Part shown: piece after piece, positions 56,052-64,000 of the stretch
How the letters are laid out: each line of letters opens with the position of its first letter
Numbering within the stretch: position 1 is the stretch's first letter
Assembly: GCA_009903405.1 (NCBI GenBank)
Contig: PRCZ01000001.1
Location: 55,612 to 119,611, forward strand
From: Candidatus Methanophaga sp. AG-394-G06
Lineage (GTDB): Archaea; Halobacteriota; Syntropharchaeia; Alkanophagales; Methanospirareceae
Reading direction: 5' to 3'
DNA: 64,000 nucleotides
Made by a program: the position numbers and the translations under genes
The notes under the pieces: model-generated
What the model saw: only the letters and a program-made list of their open reading frames with translations
Told to the model about the DNA's origin: nothing
Databases searched by the model: none

Positions 56052-57239
56052 ATGATGAATGTGGGTGAAGCATTGATAGGGGATGGAGAAGAAATTGCGC
56101 ATATTGATTTGATGATAGGGGACAAATCGGGACCGGTAGGTATGGCATTCACAAACGCCTTGAGTCAAATGTCTGCTGGGCACACACCGCTATTTGCAGT
56201 GATAAGGCCGAATTTACCGGTTAAGCCATCTACGGTAGTTGTGCCGAAGGTTACGGTGCGGAACATGAAAGAGGCGGAGAAGGTATTTGGCCCCGCGCAG
56301 AGTGCAATAGCAAAAGCGGTTGCTGATTCGGTGGAGGAGGGCGTGATACCAGAGGATAAGGCAGAGGAACTCGTGGTGATTGTAAGTGTGTTCCTGCATC
56401 CTCATGCGGATGATTATAATAAGATCTATCGTTACAATTATGGCGCTACAAAGTTGGCGTTAAAACGGGCTATGGATGGGTTCCCGGATATAAAGAAAGT
56501 GCTATATGAAAAGGATCGGTCGCGGCATCCTTCTTTGGGCATGAAAGTGACAAAGTTATGGGACCCACCTTATCTTCAGGTCGCTCTGGACATCCCGAAC
56601 TGGGGGCATATGGAGCGAGTGGTGAAGGATCTGCCGAGTAATGACCATCTTATCATAGAGGCGGGCACGCCATTGATAAAGCGATACGGAGTGGACATAG
56701 TGGCGAAGATAAAAGAGATAAAGCCCGATACATTCGTCATTGCGGATTTGAAAACGCTCGATACAGGCAACTTAGAGGTACGGATGGTTTCGGATGCGGG
56801 TGCAGATGCCGTGGTGATCTCGGGGTTAGCACCACTTCGGACGATGGAGAAGGCGATAGAGGAGGCGAGAAAGACCGGTATTTACTCGTCCCTGGATATG
56901 TTAAATGTTAAAAAACCGCTAGCGGTGCTTAAAGAATTAAGTGTAGGTGGGATGATGCCGGACGTGGTCGAGTTACATCGTGCAATAGATGTAGAACAGG
57001 AAGAGCGGCATGCCTGGGGCGATATAGCGGAGATAAAGCGAATAGGAGGTAAGATGCTGGTGGCGGTTGCAGGTGGCATAAAGGAAGATACTGCACCGGA
57101 AGCGATAAATGGTGGTGCGGACATAATTATTGTAGGGCGAGGGATAACAAATTCGAAGGATGTAGAGGGCGTGAGCAGAAGGTTCCTGCGGTTGTTGAAG
57201 GAGGAGATAGACCAATACAGGGTAATGACGGACTTCTAA
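56052..57239 (+). CDS. fae-hps: Bifunctional formaldehyde-activating enzyme / 3-hexulose-6-phosphate synthase
   Basis: Fae N-terminus ([26 protein letters not shown]) fused to an OMPDC-like Hps barrel ([23 protein letters not shown]). Confidence 0.9.
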   Translation: MMNVGEALIGDGEEIAHIDLMIGDKSGPVGMAFTNALSQMSAGHTPLFAVIRPNLPVKPSTVVVPKVTVRNMKEAEKVFGPAQSAIAKAVADSVEEGVIPEDKAEELVVIVSVFLHPHADDYNKIYRYNYGATKLALKRAMDGFPDIKKVLYEKDRSRHPSLGMKVTKLWDPPYLQVALDIPNWGHMERVVKDLPSNDHLIIEAGTPLIKRYGVDIVAKIKEIKPDTFVIADLKTLDTGNLEVRMVSDAGADAVVISGLAPLRTMEKAIEEARKTGIYSSLDMLNVKKPLAVLKELSVGGMMPDVVELHRAIDVEQEERHAWGDIAEIKRIGGKMLVAVAGGIKEDTAPEAINGGADIIIVGRGITNSKDVEGVSRRFLRLLKEEIDQYRVMTDF

Positions 57240-57751
57240 ATTAAATGTAGTGCCCATAGACCTGTTGCAGAGCAGACATGCGTGCATGCAGCAGGAGTGG
57301 GTCTATTGTGTTTTTGCATTTTGCAATTTGCAATTAATAGCTCGAAATGCACAAGATTTTGAGCTAAAATCAAATTAAGAGGGCATAAAACAATATAACA
57401 AATCGCTTATCTAACGTTAGCGACGAAAAACGCGAAATAATTATATTTATAGACTCCCAAATTCAGGTCATTAAGTGCGAAGTAGTATGCCGCTAAAAAT
57501 AGCGACTGACATAAAGGAGAAAAGCCAAATATGGCCGATCACGCTCAAGCCTTAACGTTCAGCGTTGGTGCGATTATCGCTATCATTGTAATTTCCAATC
57601 CGAGTTCAACCTCCGCGATATTCATTATTAACGGGATCGAGGACATTTTACCTAACTTTATGGCTATCGTCAGCGGCTCTTAAAGAGCCCTTAACTTTTA
57701 TTTTATTTTATTAAGGACAAGTTTATTTAAAATCAGGTCCATCAAAGGCCT

Positions 57752-59605
57752 ATGCTACCCAAAGAAGAAAGAGCTCCAAAGAAATATAGGTTAGCGACGC
57801 TATTTAGAAATTCATTCAATGCGTTCAAGGTCTCTTTGTACGATACAATTGCGTATCAGGTTCTTTTTGCGATTCTATTGAATATAGTGATCCTGCCGAT
57901 ACTTTATATCATTTATGACTTCTTATTTGAAACAAAAGGTTACCCTGCTCTGGTCAATACAGATATTGTACCTTTTTTGTTCAGTATCCGCGGTCTTATA
58001 GCCATTCTGTTATTTGCTCTTGTAGCAATCGCAATTTTTTGTATAGAAAAATTCGGATTGCTGTTTATCACCGTGAGTTATCAAAATGGCAAAAGACTGC
58101 CTCCCTTTTCCGCTCTTAGACAAACAGTCAAAAAACTCCCTGCTGAGTTAGCTGTTGTAGCAATAAAGGCGCCATATTATGCTGCACTCATCGCCCTCTT
58201 TTTAGTGCCAGGAGTATTAACATATGTCTTTTTCTTGGATTCCTGGTTTTGTACCCCTGTGATAACCATATTAGCCCTATTAGGTATTGTCTTTTTGTTT
58301 TATCGGTTTATAACGTGGACTTTTGTAGACTATCAGGTGGTTATTGAAGGCAAGAAAGTTTTACAAGCATTCTTATATAAACTAAATAAGAAGCTCATTA
58401 AACAATTGGCACTAACATTTATAGTATGGTATTTATTGATCGTGTTGTGCTTCGGCGTTTTAATTATCGTATTTGGCGCTCTGTGCTGGTTAATACTTTA
58501 TGCGGTCATAGATAACTCGCTATTGCTTGCACCTGTTTTTTCGTTACTTGTAGTTCTTTTTACTCTTATATTGTTTTTATTTTCCTTAGCATTTAATTCC
58601 CTGGATAGTAATTTCCTTACTGAGTTGTATTATCAGAATAGAGAACGAGAAATAGCGGGTTTGGATATTATTGTGCCAGAGCCGAAAGAAGTGAGTTATC
58701 GCAGTATGCCAGGGGTAACTAATAAGCATATTCTTGCTGTACTTATCATATGTCTGGTTGGAGTAAGTATTGGAACTATTCTCTTGCTTCCAGCAGTGCA
58801 AAAAGACATTGCTAGCATTGATAAACCGGTCTATGTAACGGCACATCGTGGTAGTTCCGGTCGTGCACCGCAGAACACGATTAGCGCTTTTGTAGCGGCA
58901 ATCGAAGACAAGGCAGATTATATAGAGCTTGATGTACAGGAGACAAGAGATGGTGTCGTAGTGGTATTACATGATGCCAACTTGCATCATGTGGGTGGCG
59001 TGGACAAAAACATTTGGGAACTCAACTATTCTGAGTTACAGGCGATAGATGTAGGGAGTTCCTTCTCACCCGAGTTTGCGAGAGAAAGAGTGCCCACACT
59101 TGAAGAAGCAATTGATCTGACAAAAGGTAAAGTAAAGCTCAACATCGAGCTAAAATTAAATGGTCATGAGAAGAACCTGGTAGAAAACACAGTCCGGATA
59201 GTCGAGGAGAAAGGAATAGAAGATGAATGTGTGATCACATCACTGGATTACAATGCACTGAAAGAAGTTAGAGCGTTAAATCCCGATTTAAGAATAGGTA
59301 TGATTATTGGTTATGTTATAGGCGATTATTCGGAATTAGGTGTTGATTTCTATAGTGTTGAGCCAAACTTAGTATTAACGAAGAAATTTATGCGCGATGC
59401 GCATGATGTCAATAAAGAAGTACATATCTGGACTCTTAACCCTAAGGCAGATGTCAGCGAGTATGTGGATTTGGGTATAGATAATATCATAAATGATTAC
59501 CCGGTCATGGTTCAGGAATTACTGGACGAGAAACAAAATCGAAGCGAAATCGAAAAAGTAATCACTAAATTCTTTACCTTTATTGAAATACCCGATTTTG
59601 TGTAG
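57752..59605 (+). CDS. Multi-TM membrane protein with C-terminal glycerophosphodiester phosphodiesterase domain
   Basis: About 7 TM helices, then VTAHRGSSGRAPQNTISAF, YIELDVQETRDGVVVVLHD, and EVHIWTLN. Confidence 0.85.
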   Translation: MLPKEERAPKKYRLATLFRNSFNAFKVSLYDTIAYQVLFAILLNIVILPILYIIYDFLFETKGYPALVNTDIVPFLFSIRGLIAILLFALVAIAIFCIEKFGLLFITVSYQNGKRLPPFSALRQTVKKLPAELAVVAIKAPYYAALIALFLVPGVLTYVFFLDSWFCTPVITILALLGIVFLFYRFITWTFVDYQVVIEGKKVLQAFLYKLNKKLIKQLALTFIVWYLLIVLCFGVLIIVFGALCWLILYAVIDNSLLLAPVFSLLVVLFTLILFLFSLAFNSLDSNFLTELYYQNREREIAGLDIIVPEPKEVSYRSMPGVTNKHILAVLIICLVGVSIGTILLLPAVQKDIASIDKPVYVTAHRGSSGRAPQNTISAFVAAIEDKADYIELDVQETRDGVVVVLHDANLHHVGGVDKNIWELNYSELQAIDVGSSFSPEFARERVPTLEEAIDLTKGKVKLNIELKLNGHEKNLVENTVRIVEEKGIEDECVITSLDYNALKEVRALNPDLRIGMIIGYVIGDYSELGVDFYSVEPNLVLTKKFMRDAHDVNKEVHIWTLNPKADVSEYVDLGIDNIINDYPVMVQELLDEKQNRSEIEKVITKFFTFIEIPDFV

Positions 59606-60195
59606 ATAACGTAAAGATTATGAATAGGACGGTAATTGCGGGATTTGTTTAGCTATGGTGAAGGTATGAAGTGTGAGTGGTCAGTATCCCAAGTCAAACA
59701 CCTGAAACCTTAGACCGAAAACCTAGACACCTATACAAATAAAAAAGAAATAATACAAACTGTGGTCATAATAGCTATTACTTTGTAATCAAAGAAGAGC
59801 GTGTAGGATATGGGCAATGAAGAGGCTGTCTAACAATTCAAAAACGGGCAAAAAAGAAAGGATGACAGGGCTCTAAATCTAAAAAGAAGTGAATTTTTTG
59901 GTGTCAAAAACAATTGCGGGACAGCCTCTGAAGGGTATAAAAACGAGACTACCAGGTACTAAAGATTTTGACTATTATATATTACTTTCTCTTACAATTA
60001 CGGTAGTTATTCTTGGTACTGTCGTATTCCATCTACTAGAAAAATGGAGTAACTGCAATTTGTGATATAAAGATATGATATGGTAAAGGATATTGGAATA
60101 GAGAGTTTAGTTTGTTTGAGCAAACATCCGGATTTTGCAGGGCGTATGTACGATATGGAACGGCTAGTAGCAATTCCGGATGAGGAGGGAAAAAA

Positions 60196-60759
60196 ATGAA
60201 TGAAATGAAAGGGATAGAGCAAGGTATTTTAGCACAGGAGTCGTGGGCATTAGCAGTAGAAGGCGTTATTGCCCTGATCATCGGCTTTTTGATTCTATTC
60301 TGGCCGCCCGCAGTGGTTTCTATAACCATCGTCGTGGGAGCATTTGCGTTTGTATGGGGTATCTTTGCTCTTGTCTCTTCGATAAAAGGGGATAAAGGGC
60401 GCCGCTGGGTGCTAATCCTTGAAGGCGTGTGTGGCACCATATTGGGGCTAATCCTCTTGGCATGGCCGGGTAAGAGTACACTAGTAATAATGTAGATTAT
60501 CATGATTTGGCTAGTGGTTACCGGTATATTCAGGATAGTCGGAGGTTTCACGCTACCGAAAGGAGATGCTAGTAAAGGGCTGCTAATAGTGAATGGGGTT
60601 TTGGCGCTAATCATTGGTGTGCTGCTACTTAGTCTTCCGTTTTTAACGGCTGCGATTACCATGGCCATTCTAATCGCGTTTTACGCGATTTCCAGTGGCA
60701 TAACGCTTATTTCACTCGCATTCGTGTCGAAGAGCGTACGGGGACAAACAGCAACATAA
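60196..60759 (+). pseudogene. DUF308/HdeD-family membrane protein interrupted by an in-frame TAG
   Basis: Track ORFs 60196-60495 and 60502-60759 share one frame: ...LLAWPGKSTLVIM-TAG(60493-60495)-IIMIWLVVTGIFRIV. The TAG aligns with a Trp in the paralog at 61757-62314. Confidence 0.7.
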
Positions 60760-60886
60760 AGCAAGAGATAACGGTGATCAAAACTTGATAAGGGGTGGGG
60801 GGGTGAGCAAAAAATAAACGCCCCTCCCAAACATTTTTTTTGCTTTTTAGTTTATTTAGTGCCTAGAACTTTACTGAAACTGCTCT

Positions 60887-61567
60887 TTACGACTGATTAC
60901 TGGCAGGTGATTCTGCTTCGCCCAAATAAGGTGTTCCATTCACGAATATAACTGGAACTACTACCTGGTATTCATAAGTAAATGTCCAGCATGAAGTACA
61001 TGGTCCTGGCTCCAAACCCACAAACGTGAGGTTAGAAGGCGTTGGACCTGTATTATACCAGTCGGAGTTCTCAATAAATTCTCTGGCTATTTTCTCACTA
61101 CTGTCATTAATCGGGCACTCACCGGCAGTCCATGCGCTCACATTTCCACTGCTACATGCCGTGCATTTGTTACTGTATGTTATACCATCATCCCCACAGA
61201 CAGGGTCGTATTGTTGCGTACACACCTCGGCACGTTTCTCTTCCTCAGTGCAATTAATCCCGACGGGTGAGGGACACTCGCCGACTGTCCATGCGTTCAC
61301 TTCGCCACTACTGCATGCCGTGCATTTGTTAGCATAGGTCTTGCCATTATCACCGCAGACCGGGTTGTAATCTGCCGTACACACATCCGCCTGTTTCTCT
61401 TCCTCAGTGCAATTAACCCAGATACTGCTTTGATCTGTTCCATTCGAGTCGGGCGCCGGGTCAGGTTCGTCACTGGTATCTACTCCAAGCGCGGCTACCA
61501 TATAGCCCGAAAGGACGATGAGCCCTATGGCCAAAACTATTAGAAATTGCTTTTTCATTTTTTTCAC
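60887..61567 (-). CDS. Secreted protein with two tandem Kazal-type inhibitor domains
   Basis: Signal/anchor peptide, then CTEEEKQADVCTADYNPVCGDNGKTYANKCTACSSGEVNAWTVGEC and CTEEEKRAEVCTQQYDPVCGDDGITYSNKCTACSSGNVSAWTAGEC (six-Cys Kazal pattern), plus a unique C-terminal domain. Confidence 0.85.
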   Translation of the reverse strand: MKKMKKQFLIVLAIGLIVLSGYMVAALGVDTSDEPDPAPDSNGTDQSSIWVNCTEEEKQADVCTADYNPVCGDNGKTYANKCTACSSGEVNAWTVGECPSPVGINCTEEEKRAEVCTQQYDPVCGDDGITYSNKCTACSSGNVSAWTAGECPINDSSEKIAREFIENSDWYNTGPTPSNLTFVGLEPGPCTSCWTFTYEYQVVVPVIFVNGTPYLGEAESPASNQS

Positions 61568-61756
61568 CCCCTTCTATTATAACAGTTTGTTATTTACTTT
61601 CTAATTTCAGATATTATGTTTCTTTTTATATATAACTGTATCGTAACAGCGAAAAAAAAACAAAAAAATATGGAGAAGGGGTATTTATTTGCAACCCCTT
61701 CCTTTATCTTATCTAGTCTAGCTTGGAATCACTGTTCCAGAATTTGTTGCTTGTTG

Positions 61757-62314
61757 CTACCCTATTTGCATATGCTTGCGCTTGCTCCACTCCGCACCGG
61801 CGAGGGAAATAAGTATTATGCCGGCGATAACCGCATAAATACCCAATAGCAAGGCCAGATCTTCCAACCCTTCTAGTGCTGGGAGTGCGATCAGCAGCAC
61901 GCCGACAACTAGCGAAATAATTCCAAGACAAATGTCTAGCCATCTACTATGATCTTCCGGCGGTTGCCGAATGGCATGCACAATCCTGTATATACCGTAA
62001 AGCACTAGCCATATCATTAGCAACCAAAGTAGTACCGCAGTAGTACCTATCGGCCATGCAAGGAAGATGCACCCTAATATGATACCTATCAGACCCCCGG
62101 CTATTAGTACTCCGCGCTGCCCTTTACGCGATCCAATCAGAGCGATAAGTGCGCATATTCCCGCCAGAAGTACAAATATACCGACGATCCAGGTTAGCGT
62201 AACCAGTGTCATTCCCGGCCAAGCTAAAATCAAAGCGCCGATAATTAGTGCTAGAATGCCTTCCGCTGCCATTGACCACGGCTGACGGCCTAAATAACGA
62301 TCCTCTTCACTCAT
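61757..62314 (-). CDS. DUF308/HdeD-family membrane protein (intact paralog)
   Basis: 185 aa with repeated GxxxLxxGxxxLxWP TM hairpins. Confidence 0.75.
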   Translation of the reverse strand: MSEEDRYLGRQPWSMAAEGILALIIGALILAWPGMTLVTLTWIVGIFVLLAGICALIALIGSRKGQRGVLIAGGLIGIILGCIFLAWPIGTTAVLLWLLMIWLVLYGIYRIVHAIRQPPEDHSRWLDICLGIISLVVGVLLIALPALEGLEDLALLLGIYAVIAGIILISLAGAEWSKRKHMQIG

Positions 62315-62680
62315 AACTTTAGCTCCTCCTTAAAACTTGTCACACTCTGCCCCATATCAGCTATACTAACATCAAAATCTGCTGCCGTTCCTCCCACCCC
62401 CAATACTATCCTATTTTTCATTCTTATATATCCCCTCCTGTGTTTTAAAGCCACTAATGTATTATCTGCGACTTTGCGATTTCTTCCGCATATAACTAAA
62501 TATGTAACGTGTAGCTACATATAAGCTTTTCGGTAGTTTCAGCATCGAATGTGTTATTTTAGCCTAGAAGAGAAGCGAAACAGTAAAAAAAATCGTTAAG
62601 TTTTTATATACATATGCAGGTATGTATATGGTAACAAATAGGTGAAAAAAATGCCCGTGTGACGAGCTGTGAGAAGAGGA

Positions 62681-62932
62681 ATGCGACGAACCGCACGTAG
62701 AACCAGTCGGCGTCTGATACGGCGACGTGCTGTGGTAGGTGGCATGGTGACCGTTGGTCTAGCTAGTGGCAGCATGGCTAAAATGAGCCAAGCAGATGCT
62801 CAGAAAGTTGAACGGGAAACGGGTAAGAAACTTGAAGACTTGTCAGAGGAAGAACTGGAAGCAGCCGAGGAAAAATTAGGGATTACCGAACAAGAAATAA
62901 CCGATGCCGACGAAGCCGCTCTAACAACGTAA
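62681..62932 (+). CDS. Small protein with Arg-rich N-terminus, TM-like segment and acidic tail
   Basis: MRRTARRTSRRLIRRRAVVGGMVTVGLASG...EEELEAAEEKLGITEQE. ATG at 62681; the track ORF starts at GTG 62669. Confidence 0.55.
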   Translation: MRRTARRTSRRLIRRRAVVGGMVTVGLASGSMAKMSQADAQKVERETGKKLEDLSEEELEAAEEKLGITEQEITDADEAALTT

Positions 62933-63160
62933 AATAAAAGACACATACTGGTTCGTGAAATAGAGGGTGCGGGATGATGTCCTGCACTCTCGCATTTTTT
63001 TATTATATACTTGTTCAGAATTGCGGAATAACTGGATATTTTTTGGGCTAGCTAACGCTAAAATTACTTCTGCCCTTACACCGGACTTAAACAGTAGGTA
63101 GTCCGGAAGGTAAAGAAGCACTTCGTCTCAAGTCCTGATATGCTCAGTCAATCAAATTTT

Positions 63161-63391
63161 TCACTGTCCCAACAGCTCTTTTTTCTTGGCTAGAAATTCC
63201 TCATCTGTGAGGATGCCCTTCTCATGGAGCTCAGCCAGTTTTTCCAGTTCGTCGAGATAATCCGAGTTATCGGCGACTTCCTGTCCTGGTGGCACATCGC
63301 CTTCCGGCTCTGAGCTTCCTTGCGTCATAGCAATTTGCCGTCGGGATGTCCGCCTGGCGGTCCGCCGGGCTACGCCTCTGAAACCTGCCAT
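63161..63391 (-). CDS. SHOCT-domain small protein with the same Arg-rich N-terminal motif
   Basis: MAGFRGVARRTARRTSRRQ...LDELEKLAELHEKGILTDEEFLAKKKELLGQ (SHOCT signature). Confidence 0.7.
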   Translation of the reverse strand: MAGFRGVARRTARRTSRRQIAMTQGSSEPEGDVPPGQEVADNSDYLDELEKLAELHEKGILTDEEFLAKKKELLGQ

Positions 63392-63594
63392 AGTATATTA
63401 GCTCCTGACAAACGATTGAATCACGAGGATAAATAACTTGTGGTATCTCTGACCATCCGGAAATTATAATAGGAGCTAAAAATCTGCGGTTAACTACTAA
63501 TGAAGGGTAAGAAATAGTCCATTCTGAATTCCCATAGAGATACCAAAAAAAAAACCGAAAAGCTTTTATACTCTAAATATTCTATAGCTCTATT

Positions 63595-64000
63595 ATGAAA
63601 TTATCTGTGGGCCTCGTTATATCGTGGATACTAAAGGCACTTATGGTACTATTGATACTTATGGCTGTTGTGAGAGGGTCGTGGACCTGGGTCTTTAGCG
63701 GTATTATTGCCCTAATTCTTTGTATGGTACCAACAATAGTAAACTGGAAGTGGAAGGATAGCGTGCCGATGGCAATTGATATTTTGGTTACACTTGCGTT
63801 ATTGATACATATAGGTGGCGAGGTTACTGCCGCATATTTCATATTGCCTCATTATGATACGGTTGCGCATTTCACTTCTTCTCTTCTTATTGCCTGTATT
63901 GCATTTGTCGCTATTTATGCCTTAGATCGATACTGGGGCGGACTCTCGATGGACATATATGTTATGGCTTTCTTCGTTGTCATAATGGCGTTGGCGATAG
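63595..64000 (+). CDS. Membrane protein, N-terminal part (runs off the right edge)
   Basis: ATG at 63595 gives MKLSVGLVISWILKALMVLLILMAVV...HYDTVAHFTSSLLIACIAFVAIYAL..., open to the window end. Not in the ORF track. Confidence 0.55.
   Translation, partial: MKLSVGLVISWILKALMVLLILMAVVRGSWTWVFSGIIALILCMVPTIVNWKWKDSVPMAIDILVTLALLIHIGGEVTAAYFILPHYDTVAHFTSSLLIACIAFVAIYALDRYWGGLSMDIYVMAFFVVIMALAI

Noticed and set aside
60493-60495. Genome-wide TAG reassignment (pyrrolysine or other) as the explanation for the two in-frame amber codons
   Set aside because: TAG terminates about ten of the roughly 40 confident CDS I checked here (uL15, csl4, rpoL, aRF1, valS, pfdA, fwdD, the Type IIG gene and others). 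In the case of uL15 it directly abuts the next start. TAG is therefore a normal stop in this genome. Local readthrough cannot be excluded and is kept as a low-interest finding.

Overview
Archaeal chromosome segment, moderately AT-rich, from a methanogen or ANME-type methanotroph (Methanosarcinales/Methanophagales-like). This call rests on the fwd/fmdDBAC formylmethanofuran dehydrogenase operon, F430-pathway cfbD, fae-hps, an MCR component A2-like double ABC ATPase, cofG, TBP, aRF1, Csl4/RpoL, SecY/uL15, Sec61beta, prefoldin, Taw1 and A-type ATPase stalk genes. I found three tRNAs (Gly-CCC, Glu-CUC, Ile-GAU) and no rRNA, CRISPR array or intact transposase/integrase. Housekeeping genes are interrupted by accessory patches full of gene debris. 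(1) 7.9-17 kb holds a monocistronic 1123-aa metallophosphoesterase-NACHT/STAND-FGE(SUMF1) protein, which is my best candidate for an untested immune-type system. It also holds pseudogene fragments and a 1199-aa beta-helix/hydrolase surface protein. (2) 27.9-35.2 kb holds an orphan OB-fold protein, an RPA-like Zn-OB gene separated by 1 nt from a 1258-aa Type IIG PD-ExK/N6-MTase fusion, a 74-bp relic copy of that gene upstream, and a decayed AbiEi-like wHTH. (3) 48.2-52.1 kb is a 3.85-kb island bounded by a 19-bp direct repeat of the tRNA-Glu 3' end. It has no integrase and carries RM and nuclease remnants. (4) 59.6-64 kb holds a tandem-Kazal secreted protein, DUF308/HdeD paralogs (one with an in-frame TAG at a conserved Trp) and a pair of small proteins with Arg-rich N-termini. 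Other oddities are a bacterial-type RuvC, an orphan ATPase H-E-F cluster and two dispersed intergenic repeat families. All functional calls come from motifs read in the translations and recalled family signatures. No database search was run.
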